From: Pocillopora damicornis
Lineage: Eukaryota
Direction of reading: 5' to 3'
NCBI RefSeq assembly: GCF_003704095.1
Contig: NW_020846470.1
Location: 73,725 to 137,724 of the forward strand
DNA: 64,000 bases
Shown here: piece after piece, positions 12,601 through 24,700 of the stretch
Numbering within the stretch: position 1 is the stretch's first letter
Layout of the letters: each line of letters opens with the position of its first letter
The notes under the pieces: model-generated
The model's input: the letters and a program-made list of their open reading frames with translations, nothing else
Told to the model about the DNA's origin: nothing
The model's database searches: none
Made by a program: the position numbers and the translations under genes

Positions 12601-14930
12601 TCGGAAGGGCTCATTATAGGAGGGAAAATTGCGTTCCAAAATTGGCTGAGCTAATAATTGAAGGGAAATTTGTGTCAAAATTTTTGAATGTGCAACTGGT
12701 AATATTAGGGTTTTGGCTAGAAATTCGCAACAAATTAATCACACTGAAAATGCCAAGTTCAAACACAACAGCAATAAACTTTATCAGAACAGAAATACAG
12801 TAAAAATGATAATGTAGTTCAGGCTCAGTTTCATCCAGGAACCTCTGCCACAGATTTTCCCATGCTCAAAGATGGAACATTACATTCTATCACCACAAAG
12901 ATAATAGGTGAAAAGTGAGGAGCACCAGAAGGAATTTGGGTTCAGGGTGGTGGGATTGAACTTCTTTGCAAATACTTTGTTTATGGACCAAAGGAATTCA
13001 AAGCGTGAGTGAAGAGCGAACTGCATAAAAGACAATAAACTTCAACACTTGTTGACCACATTGCTTTACAAGCCCTCAGGGGCTTATATTTGGAGGGGCA
13101 TATTATAGGAGGTATTTTTGCATTTCAGGTTTGGGGGGCTTCTATATGGAGGGGCTTATACACAGAGGGGCTTATTTTCAGAATTTTACAGTACTTTTAG
13201 AAGATATGTTGCACAATCAGAACCTACTTTCTCATCAATCTCCACATTACTTGTCCAAGGTTTTTCATCCATGACTGCAACAACATTTCTTGCAATTCCT
13301 TCTTCATAACGACGAATATGTGTCAAAAAGACATGCCGATTGTCACCCAGATGGTCTTCAGAAGTCCCTACAACATCAATTTCTCTCAAATAGTCAAGAC
13401 TTTTTTTCCAGTTTCTGACTCCATTTAGCTCCTTTGTCAGCATCTTGAATTCTACATAAGTATGGCCATACTTACGAAGCAATCGTGAAAGGGCATTATA
13501 TATGTGCAATGCATCTTGCTTGGCAATTGGCATTTGGTCAAGTAGATTGCAGTCTTCAAATGATTCCAGCTTTACCTCACAGCTTGAGAGATTAAATCTT
13601 TGTTTGAGAACACTCCAATAACCAAAAACCCAGGGTTCTTTATTTAAGGCCTCATTAAGCTCTTCCAGCTCTTCCTTAGAAGATTCCTCAAAGATTGAAC
13701 AAACACGACGAGGAAACAGCCGATGAGCATACTTGGTAAACAAAGGAACAGTGAAGGCTTTACCAGTTGCTGTTACGATGAAAAAGTGAAAAAAAAAAAA
13801 TAACATGTAACAGTTGAACCATGAAACATTGGCACAATAAAAATTATAGTGGATGGTGGATTATTAAGCTGAAATATTGAAATGCTTCTGTCCCTACAGG
13901 TCCATGGCTGGTTTCTAAAAATGTACATTTGCTGGTCAAAATTGAGCAGTTATTGAATGATATGGTTGAATACTTTGTTTTAAAGCCAAATGGAGCCTCT
14001 GAACCCATCCAGTCCAGACCAATATATCAGAAGTCTAAACACTAGTGAACAGAATAATATAGAAAAAGACAGTGTGGGTAATAAACACTTTGTGAAATTA
14101 TATATTTCATAGTGCAAATTATACTAGGTCTCTCTTGTTTAACCATGTCACTTCCATGAGTGACCAGACAGAATTTCTCTTACAATACATCAAAAATATA
14201 AAGCAGACAAGTGATAAGAATGAGGAAAAATATCACAATGTGGTCCACTACCAAACTCCCCAAACTAACATTATTTGTATGGCAGACAGTAAGGAGAACT
14301 ATTAATGAGAACTTGGGAGTGAAAGGGATAAATATATAAACACAATTAGCATAGAACATACTTAAACTTACGCTTACGGTCCAGCGCTGCTGTAATCTGC
14401 TCAGCAATGTCGTGACCCTCTTTGTCGGTTTCAGCAAATTTCTCCAAGTTTGTAACCAGATCCTCAAATGTGGGTTTCAAATTTTTCCTCTCAAGAAACT
14501 CCAGCAATATCGTGACGTGTTGATCATTCACTTCACAACCTGTGGTGAGGAACTGCGACAGCAAGCTTTTATTCACATCGTCATCCGTTCGAATACTATA
14601 CGAAGGCAGTGAAGTAGCGTGCTTAAAGCTCGTCGAAGATTTCAACGCGTCCAATTTGAATTCCACTCTCCACCAAGGATGAGAAAAACGCTCATCAAAT
14701 TTACCACGCACTCGGATTATGTCCTGCTTAAGACGAAATCGATCGTTTCTAAATTCCATTTCTTGCATTTTCTTCACACCATTGCGAAGTTTACGCGATG
14801 GCTTGAGAACGAAATCAAAATCTTGATCAGCGTCTTCGAAGCCTTCATCGTCGCTTCCACTTTCTAAATCCGAATCTTCCTTCTCTTTGTCGCTGTCTTT
14901 TCCCTCAACAAAAACGTAAGAAGAAGTCAT
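8638..14930 (-). CDS. HELB: DNA helicase B (HELB)-like SF1B/RecD-type helicase, gene span, 4 coding exons, about 1125 aa
   Basis: Exons join in frame across GT-AG introns. Helicase motifs: Walker A GRGGCGKT, motif Ia TAPTGKAA, motif II LLVCDECSLV, motif III ILLGDVNQLPSIEPG, TNHRSDSELIV, LCNGEIFFI, motif V AWARTIHTFQGSE (spliced across an intron) and motif VI VYTAITRG. The order and spelling of these blocks match vertebrate HELB as I recall it. The N-terminal exons also resemble HELB (GHTYVE, KEPW blocks). Confidence 0.75.
10685..11932 (-). CDS. HELB: HELB-like exon 3 (helicase core, Walker A through motif V first half)
   Basis: Acceptor is tttatttattacag|GTA TTT AAT GGT (VFNGDRDQIRAAQLISTKPVAVLSGRGGCGKT...). 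Donor is ACA TTT CAG|GTAGGA, after ...HAWARTIHTFQ. Length is 1248 nt, phase 0 both ends. Confidence 0.75.
12525..12640. repeat. Degenerate tandem repeat family F (GGGGCTTATWTT..GGARGG units), HELB-like intron 2. Second block at 13070-13190
   Basis: Units such as gggcttatatttttcaaagggcc, gaggggcttatttttggaaggggcttatattcggaagggctcattataggaggg recur, and again as ggggcttatatttggaggggcatattataggagg...ggggcttctatatggaggggcttatacacagaggggcttattttcag. Confidence 0.5.
13228..13769 (-). CDS. HELB: HELB-like exon 2 (N-terminal domain)
   Basis: Acceptor is cgtaacag|CA ACT GGT (phase 1 in). Donor is GAG AAA|GTAGGT (phase 0). Translation ...TGKAFTVPLF...RKYGHTYVEFKML...EEGIARNVVAVMDEKPW...NVEIDEK has no stop. 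Confidence 0.6.
14372..14930 (-). CDS. HELB: HELB-like exon 1 (start codon; acidic N-terminal region)
   Basis: ATG at 14928-14930, protein MTSSYVFVEGKDSDKEKEDSD... The donor is AAG C|GTAAGT (phase 1). An alternative donor 6 nt upstream (GTAAGC) cannot be excluded. Confidence 0.6.
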
Positions 14931-15622
14931 AGTACGACCGATTTCAGTCTCAAAGCGAAGTTATAACATCCTAAAGTATCTACAAGTCGACAAGCGACCG
15001 TATGTAACTGACGCGGCTAGTGAACATGCGCTAGGAAGTTTCCCGCGCGAGCGATGTAATGCGCTCTCAACATGACGTGCGCTCTCTATGTTTGTACTTG
15101 GGGGTATACAGTGGGTAACATACATTGTTTGATCAAAAGATTATCAGTAAATCGCCATTTTTACTAAAGTTAGTTTTATTTATGATTAATTTACTATAAT
15201 GTGAAGATTTCAATCGAAATGTTCTCTCTTTCTTATATTTTTAAACCCGGAAAAATGTTATTTTTGTCTCGATTCTATACATATCTCACCCCTAGACGTA
15301 TCATTTTCGTCACAATAGTATGCGAACGAATTTAAATACGTACTATGACGTCAAATTAAATTATTGCTAATTAACCTCCTTACTGAGTTCATGATTAAAC
15401 TGCGTAGTTTACTAATGAGTACAGGTCTCGACGAGAATCAATTATCCAGAAATTACGTTTGGTTGTTGAGGTATTATGTACACTGAAACTTGACAATTTA
15501 AGTCAAGATTGATCCAGCTGCGAACCTTTTAGAACCCGACAACTGCCAAAAATTTCCGCGGCACGCGTTGGAGAGATCGGTTTTCTCGCAACCAAGTCGT
15601 CCCATCGCGAAACATCAGCAAG
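14931..15622. promoter_or_regulatory. Divergent (bidirectional) promoter region between HELB-like (minus) and the cadherin/EGF/TSP1 gene (plus)
   Basis: Only about 690 bp separates the two start codons (14930 and 15623), which lie head-to-head. The region holds GC-rich blocks (gcgcgcgagcgatg, gacgtgcgctctc) and a CRE-like tgacgtca near 15345. No clear TATA is seen. Confidence 0.4.
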
Positions 15623-15743
15623 ATGCAGCGACGATTTATCATTCCCCTGATGATTTTGGTGTTAATCACGGAAGGCGAGGCATGGAGAAGAAGACGGAGG
15701 AGGCGATGGACACCACCCCCGCCTCAAAACTGCGTTGTCTCCG
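15623..15743 (+). CDS. Cadherin/EGF gene exon 1: signal peptide [20 protein letters not shown] followed by an R-rich/Pro stretch
   Basis: ATG at 15623. The hydrophobic core is typical of a signal peptide. Donor is TCC G|GTAAGT (phase 1). Confidence 0.7.
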
Positions 15744-18700
15744 GTAAGTAAAACGAAAGAAAACATACGTGCTTAATATATGCCCACCATCATATTATCA
15801 GTGGTTTGATCCATGTTCTTTGAGAAATAATTCCTTTATCTAACGACCGCATTAAACCGTTCAGGCTACTTCTATCGACAAAACGATCATAAACCACTTA
15901 ACTTAAGAGTTTAATAGTTTTTAAAACTTGTTTTAAACTCTATCAGAATGTTTTGCTTTACAACTCTTTTAAGTTTAAATTTTTCCCAATCGATGCAACG
16001 TGAGGTTAGACGAGTTTGAAAAGTTCAAACAAAATTTTGGGATTCTCTGAGTACATTTCTTGTTAAAGCTTTAGGAAGATGGCGCGACTTGTAACGGCTT
16101 GCAACAGCAGATTCTTCCTTGTATAAGTTTTTGGACTAAAATCAACGTAACCGTACGGATGATTGCAATTCTTCTTCCTGTCGGCATATCATTTGTCACG
16201 GAAGGTTTTTTTCGGGGATCTTCCTCTCTGGCTAAGCGGAACATTTAGTTATTCTCTTAAGGTCCAATTTCGTTCTATTTGACGGCGCTGGTCGTTATGT
16301 CATGTTATTTATCATCAGTTAGCCGCTTAGTTTAATGAGGTTTGTCAAATGCTTTTTAAAAATATTTACAGTTGGAAAAACTGGTTGGTTTGGGAAGGTT
16401 TTGAGGGAGTAAATCCGCGGTGCTTCGAAATGGAAAGAGCAGAAGAATGAAGACTAGGATAGTCAGAATTTAATAGCTTTTAACCTTTTATTTACGTAAA
16501 AAAAGTAAAATTCTCCGTAAAGAAGGAACTATTATATTTTATAAAATAATTCAAATAGTATGCACGCTCTGATTGGCCATAAAACCATTTTACATGAGTA
16601 AACACGGTTTTCGTTCCTCTTTCATTAGTTATTTTGTAAAAGAAATGTAAAATGGTTTCCGTGTTTACATAGCCTGATGTAAACACGCGGGAAGTTGGGA
16701 GAACACCGCTCGATAGGCTGGAAACCACTCTGCTTCGCGTTGTGGTTTCCTACGCTTATCTCGTGTTCTCCCAACCTCCCGCATGTTTACATCAGGCTAT
16801 GTAAAGATGGAAACCATTTTACATTTCTTCAGTATTATGTGTCAAACACTCAGCTGCATTGGTTTCCTGTAACAGTCCAGCAAAGGAGGCTTAATTACTT
16901 GATGTAGTCAGAACTGAAAATGTTCATCAATGTTGAGGTGATTGTAAACTGGTTTGAGTCAAGGAAAGCAGTACCTAACTCTTTTTCACTGATGAAACTA
17001 TTAAATGTGGAGACCCTTGAGAGATATTGGTGGCATCAATTGATGTGAAGAGAATTGGTAAAGAATTGACGAGACCTTTCTGGTTACTAAAATAAATTTA
17101 ACATTCTTGTGCAGGTAATGAGCCGTTACTTCTCTCTCATTTGAGGGAAAATTGTAACTTGTGGTTTTAAATTTGTTGCAATTTGTCACAAAAGCTAGAG
17201 CTTTACTTCCCTGTACCCTGTTGAGGTGTCAACCTTTGCTACGGTGGACACGGAGCAAAAGCCATAGTTGTATATTTGTATACTGAATGACCCGTCACTT
17301 GAAAGTGACAATGCAGAATGCTCATTTAGTTTTGGTAATTACACTGTTGTTTTTGTTTTTTGATTAATATATAATTACTCTCTGAAATGCAAGAAAAGCA
17401 ACAAGACACACGTTGATTACAATAATTTTAGCCTCCACATAGCAAGTTGAAAATTAGATACCTGACAATAAAGCTTGCATGACAACACAAACTCTTTGGA
17501 GTGTTTTTGTTTTCATTAGCTAATAATAGCAAATGAAGTAATTAACAAGAACTTTTTTAGTGCTCTTACCAGTATTTGGATTTCATTTTTAAGAGTATAT
17601 ATTTCTGTTTCCTTTTAAATGACAAAGAATTTTCCTTAAATTTGCAATATTTTTATAGCTCTCAGGATTTAATCTTTAATATTCTTTGTTCTTTCCCTAG
17701 TAAATATATGTATGACGTCTGTACAGAACTAAGATCTTCATTGTGGTTTGAAACAATATAGCTTGTTTTGATGAGGCTGTCAAAACAGGTCAATATCGTT
17801 TTGTACAACTTCAAATGGATTACTGAAATATAAATTTTTGCTCACTCTCATTAACATGCCATAAATGTATAAAAGAAAAATGTAAAAGTAAATTATCTTG
17901 AATGCATAAGGAAATAAAGTAAATTTGATGTTTTGTTTACATTAAGCAATAAGCAGTTATGTAATGTTGCACACGTCATCGTGTGTGGGTGTTTGTGGGC
18001 GCAAAATATTGCATTTTCTCATTACAGCATCATTGCAAACATACCACACTTAAAAAGAAATGAGTTATAATGATAGTCAATCTTCTTTGAAGAATAGCTA
18101 AAAAAATGAATCATCCATTTTAAAAGGTAGATAAATAACACTAATTTATATATTAATCATTGTGTCACATTCATTGTGTGTTATTTTTGGAGGGGTTGTT
18201 TTATGTTGAATAACAACTCAGAAGTTGTCAATTTTCTTACAATTTACAGACCTTGGTTTAATGCAATTATTTACCCTTTGACTGGTCTGCAAATTTTTAC
18301 AAATCTATAAAGATGTCCAAGTTGTAGCTTTTGTTTCATTCATAGCAGCAAGCTATTACAAATGTTGAACAAGAGGCATACAGGAAACTCCTTTGTTTTT
18401 GTGGACAATGAAAGCAATGAAGTGTAAGAATTTAAAAGAACCTTGTTTTGTTTCAATGGAATGATTTGCTAATTAGATCATGGCCTAATAGGCATCAAGT
18501 TATATATTCTATGCAGTTAGCAGCTTAAACTCTTTTCCCATGTTGAGTAAAAATTTGAAGAACCAATTATTTCTACAAATATGCTCATGGGTGTACATGT
18601 TCAGAAGAAAAATATAATTTTTGTAAGTTTGGTTTCATTCAAATCTTTTACAAATATTTTCAGAGGAAAAAAATTGAACAGATCAGAATTTAAATAGTAG

Positions 18701-21700
18701 TATTTTTAGAGCCTCTGTATGTGTCAGATGTTGTAATTTTAATGCAGCCAAAAGTTTTTTTTAATGTTATTAATTTTGTAGGCATATTATGCTTTAAACA
18801 AATAAGAAAGTTAAAATGAAATTTTTAGCGCTTCTCAATTCTGCTCTGCTAGTGGTTTTTCATCATTCAATCTTAATAATCTGTGATTATAATATTTGCT
18901 TGAGGGAGCCCATCTTTTTAAAAAGCCCTTTGCTTTCTCATGAGCCTCCTCACCATCTTTAGCCCAAGTCCTTTTATTTGGTAGCACTCTAATGTAACTT
19001 GACAATCAAATTTATGGCAAAGAAGAATGAAGCATGATCATAAAGCAAGGAAAGTAAAGAAAGTGTTTTCCTCATGCTATTGTTTTAAAGTTTTAATTCG
19101 TCATGAATTTCAATTTGTGGAATTTTTAAAGAAATAAGTTAAGATTTCTACTTTCAAATTTTCTGTTTGATTAGCAGCACTAGTGAACCTTTGCATCTTC
19201 CTCATACACTTTGATGTATTGCATTTTAGTATTACTGTAAATATACCCTGATTCAATTGTGGTAATATTTGTAATGCTCATTGTATCTGGAAGTGATGTA
19301 GAATATGGAACATATTACAAGTAGTACAGTGGACAGGCCCGAAGAAGCAGTCATTTTTTCAATTTTAGAGACTTATCAAGAGCTGCATTTTGTCAGCTGT
19401 CAAACAATGAAATTCAGTCATACACCTCACTCTCTCAGAGATTGTCTCTACAAGGGTTATATGATTTAATTAATGCTTGTGAAAAACTTTTCTAAAAGCA
19501 TGTTAATTAAAATGGTATGTGGCTTACAGTGCTCCTGTGATGGACCAGCATCTTCTATCATGAGTCCTTTAGCCCCTAAGAGTGGCAAGCTCCTAATTTC
19601 TCCCAACAATACCACCCCACTCTTGATTGTTAGACAAATTCTCCTTAGAAGTAACATACGAAATGTACAGAGAACACTATGGGGAAATTGCAAACTAAAG
19701 TTACATGTCCGGGGCAAAGGGCTTATTATCTGCAAAAGTTGCTTTGTGCTACTCAGGTTGTCAGTGATGAACTTTCTTGCAAACACTTAGAAAATGTAGC
19801 AGAATCTTCTCTCTTGATTCCCTAGCAAATGTTTTGTCATGAGACAATTCTCATTTTGTTAGGCATTTTCTAAGAAAGAAATGATTAAAACATCAATACA
19901 AGTGGTTGAAATTGAAGACGAATGAAATAAAATTAATTTTTTTAACAGGATGGAGCTCATGGAGCACCTGTTCAGAGCAGTGCCACATTGGAACGCAAAC
20001 AAGGACACGTACCGTCACAACTGCTCCTAGCTGGGGAGGCACATGTTATGATCATTTGTCTGAACAAAGATCATGTGGTATAATCAATGGAGGATGTGAT
20101 CATTATTGTAACAATGGGTTCTGCTCTTGTCAATCCGGCTACACAAAATCAGGTACAGACTCAAATTTTTGCCTTTGTTTTTCCCCAGCTTATTTAAATT
20201 GTGTCTTCATGCACTTGTGCATTAAGTGGACTTAATGCATTATAGTGAGAATTAGTAAGGCTTGTATTGTCTGCTGAAGTAGACTTCACAGTTAACAAAT
20301 TAAGGTGTTGTTAAGAGGATGTGATCCCCATTGAAAGAAGTCCTTGATCATTAAGTAAATTCTTATTGTCAGTACCTTACAGAAAATGTAGCAAACACAA
20401 AGTACCAGATGCAGAGAACAGTATGGAGAATATGCATACTCATGTCAGGGTGTGAAGGGCTAAGCACAAAGAAGTAAATGACAAAAATTTGTTGTTGATT
20501 CCTTAAACATACCTATGTTATTAGTTTTTACATTTTTTTTTCTTTTAAATGTTGATAGGTAGCAAATGTCATGACATTGATGAGTGTGCACCAAATAGTG
20601 GCAAGGGTCCATGCAGTCACATCTGTACAAACCATGCTGGCTGGTATAAATGCAAGTGCCCTTCTGGATATTATCTTACCAGTGATCACAAAACATGTCA
20701 TGCCTTTGATTGTAACAGCCCTGCCTCACTTTTCAATTCATGCCCACAAGATTCTTACAGTGACCACATCTCTTCAGTTTGTCACCAAGTTAACATTGAC
20801 TGTTTGCAAGGAACAACTTATAATGAACAATGTTCTTTAACCTGTTCTCAGAACTATGCACTTGCAAAGATTTTTACACAGCCAAACAAAAAATTTGGTG
20901 AAGATTATTCTAAAGTTGACTTCTCTTCAGTGACTTCCACTCTAACTTGCCAGAAAACGCAAAAAGGGCAGACCTCAAATGTCTGGGATGTACTGGATAG
21001 TGATATTAGCGATTACTATTGCAGACGTACAAATGATCCTCCTAGAGACTTACTGCTAAATGGGACTGTTCTTTTAGAACATGCACCTATAAACACCATT
21101 ATTGGAACTTTAAGTTCCCATGATGCACAGCCAGGACAGACTTTTATGTATACAGTTCAACAACCCAATGAGCTTCTTGTGGCTCAAGGAGATAAATTGA
21201 TAAACATATGGGACAATCCAGTTTTAAATGGGAATGTGTCTTTAAGCCAAGGCCATTATTTAGCAGTAAAAATAAGAGTGACAGATGATGGAATGCCTCC
21301 CATGTGGCTGGAGAAGACTTTTCAGATCACAATACAGAATGTGAATGATCCTCCCAAGCAAGTCACACTGTCAAATTCTGTTGTCTTTGAGAATGCAACT
21401 ATAGGAAAAGTGATAGGAGAGCTGACAGCAGTAGATGGAGATGACCCACCAAACACTCATCTCCATTCAAACTTTAAGTGGGAGTTAATTAACGATGCAA
21501 GCGGAAAATTTGGTATGACTGTGAATAAGATTATAGTTGCCCAGAATTTGTTACCAGGATTGAACAAGATAACTGTTAGATGTTCAGACTTTGGAAACCC
21601 AATAGAACAAACCACAGAAGATTTCATTATAAATGTGATAAATGTCAATGATGTCCCACAAGCTTTAATGCTGACAAGTTCCACTGTGCATGAAACAGCT

Positions 21701-24700
21701 CCTGTAAACACAACTGTGGGTCAACTTGTTGCGATTGACAAGGATGGTGATGACATCTCCTTTGACGTCAGCCAATCAGATGTAATGACATTGAATAAAT
21801 TTGACATAGCTAATGTCCAGTGTGCATATAATGGGCAAGGAACAGAGAAAGAGTGCAAAGTGAATGTCACAGTAAAAGCTCCTTTGAATTATGAGGAGAA
21901 ATCATGGTACAAGCTGAGCGTCAAAGCTAATGATTCTCAAACACAGGTGTTCAAGACTTTCAACATTGAAATTATTGATGATAATGAGGCTCCAACAGCT
22001 ATCAATCTGACAGGGTCACACACTGTGTTGGAAAATTCTGTCGCTGGGACAGTCATTGGACAGTTTGTGGTATGTCTTCCTTTGCTGTTGTTGTTGTTGT
22101 TTTTTTTTTTATAATTGGCTGTCATATTTTGCACTTTAACAACTGTGGAACATCAAACAGAGGATCTATATCTGCAAACAAAGTATAATGATGACTTGAT
22201 TGTAAGGTTTTATCTTGCTTTGGAGATGATATGACATTTTGCAGAAGTCAATTCCATGGATCATGGGCATTGCCCTTTTTCATACCCCATTTTACATGTA
22301 GAGCATAATCATAATCAGTTCTCAGTCTTATGATGTCCTTAACTTCTTGGTGCTCACAGCTTAGTTGCATTTGTCAAGTACCTTTAGAACAATTTTGTTT
22401 ATGTAGTAGTAAAGTGAATTTTACTTTGCAGTCATTTTTGAATAGATCATGAAATGCCATAGGTTAAGTATAGAGAAGGTGCGTGTAACAAGCACGGCTG
22501 TTGAATACTGACCAATTACATGGAAGCATTGTGCTGTAAAGGTTTCACATAACCAGTAAGCCTGATCAAGACTTAAATAGCAGTATACAGTCACAACCTT
22601 TCTATCTGCATAGAAGCCAAGATTTCAATTCTTGATGCAGATCAGTCTTAAATATTGATTTATAATGATTGTTTATTTGCTTTTCCTTAGGTCACTGACC
22701 CAGACAATGCCAAGTCACCATCACATCAGTATCACAAATGTTTATTTAGCGTCAGCCAGCCCATGGATGAAAGTTATTTCATTATTAGCACGCAACTTGT
22801 GTTGAAAGTGAAGGGAGCCCAACAGATTGATTATGAGAACATGAAAACTCTTTCATTTACTGTGATATGTACTGATACTGGGCATCCACCCAAGTCACTG
22901 TCAGCTAGCTTTGTTTTATCAGTGAAAGGTGAGTGGTGAATGGTTGTTCCACTTACCTTCTTTTCTTTCTGTGTTCTCTCCATTCATTTCCTTCTTCATC
23001 CCAACCTGTCTCTCTTTCATAGTTTTGCATCTATTTTTGTTCTTTGATTTGTATCTTTGTTTATGCCATTTTTTGTACAGTCAGTCATTTGCTTTCTTAT
23101 GTGCTTATTCACTTATTAGCCCCTCTGCCCCTCTTTATGTCTCTCCTTCCCACCCTCCATCCTGCTTCTCTTCCTTCCTCTTTCCCCACCTCCCGATTTT
23201 CTTCTGCCTTCTTGATTCTGTTTTTGCTTGGTTATGTGATTTCACCTTTCCATCCCTCCTACTTCCCATCCCTCCCTTCCCTACCATCAAACTCTCTTCT
23301 TCTCCTCCTCTCTTTCATTTCCTTCCTTCAGTTCCATCTTCTCTGTTTTTATGAGCCCATTCGGCAGTTTACCCACCTATCTACCACTTAACACTCATCC
23401 AAATGTATAGCCAACCATGTATCATGCATGTGATATTCTTCAGATGTCAATGAGGCTCCTGTTAACCTGACATTGTCTAGTACAAATGTGGATGAAAACT
23501 CTCCCTTGGGTACTCCAGTGGGTAGCCTTTCCTCAGAGGATCCAGACCAACCTGGAGGTGTCCACACCTACACCATCATGGGACCTGTTGGTGTACCATT
23601 TGCTATTGGAGGAGATAAGAACAGAGTGCTCCTCGTAAATGGTCCTTTGGATCATGAAACGAATCCCATTGTCTTGGTCATTATAAGGGCTACAGATGGT
23701 GGAGGACTTTTTGTAGAGAAAACCTTCAAGATAACCATTAATGGTAAGTTCTTTTTTAGGGAATGTTCGATTTTCAACCGAGAGTGTCACACGTTTTATT
23801 GTAAAAGATGGCTGACGAAAGATGGGTAAGCAAGCTTTTCCTGGGAAACCTTAAGTCTGTCTCTGCTCTCCATCTCTTTCTCTTTTCTCCCCACCCCCCC
23901 AACCCCTCCTCCTTTCAAGCCAAAGGGCCTGCACAAGCCCAAGCCAAAACAAACATAAATTTTGCCTCTAAGGTTTGTGAAACTACTCAGGGAAGGAAGT
24001 GTCCAAAGCTAAAATATTTTGAATATATTTATATTCATGGATTACTTTTGACATTTGACTATGATGATTTTGTTAACCCTTGCTTCTTACGACCTCATCA
24101 TTTTGAATCAAACACTTTCCAATCACTTTGTGCTCACATCAACAGATGTCAATGATCCACCCAGCAACCTTTCTCTTGAAACTCCATCAATGAAAGAGAA
24201 CAGCGCCGAAAGAGTGCTCATTAGTTCCATAATACTGACAGACCAAGATGGTGACTTTCCTACCTGTAGACTATTGGATGACGCTGGTGGGCGTGTCAGA
24301 GTTGTGGGCACAAATCTGGTTGCAGGACCTACTATGACAGATTACGAATCAGCTCAACTGTCATCCACTAAAGACTTCAGTATTAAATTGAATTGTTCTG
24401 ATGGTCATGGAATGTTCATAGCGAAAACGTTTACTATTAAAGTTATGGGTGAGTGCACAGGCTTGGTCATTATGGTATAACTTACTTTTTTTCTCTTTAG
24501 TATATTTGGTTTTATCCACTTGAGTTGATCGAGCTGTTGGAAGCTCAAAGCATAGATTTTGTCACAAGTTTAGGTTAGCCATATTCTCATCAAAATCCAT
24601 TTAGCATAGTAGATTATTATGCAGCACCTTTTCATCGTCCGCCTTTATTCCCGCACCGTTAACACTTAACTCCCACGAGTGACCAAGACAGAATTTCTCC

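Noticed and set aside
14180-14867. ORFs 14180..14467(-), 14412..14612(+) and 14619..14867(+)
   Set aside because: Overlapping, antisense or out-of-frame relative to HELB-like exon 1 and its intron. Low-complexity translations.
16492-16907. Mirror-image ORFs 16492..16728(-) and 16695..16907(+)
   Set aside because: Generated by the intronic palindrome. Not coding.
22929-23391. Ser/Pro/Leu/Phe-rich ORFs 22929..23354(+) and 23044..23391(+)
   Set aside because: They lie in the CT-rich low-complexity intron 4 of the receptor gene. They are a translation artefact of the pyrimidine tract.
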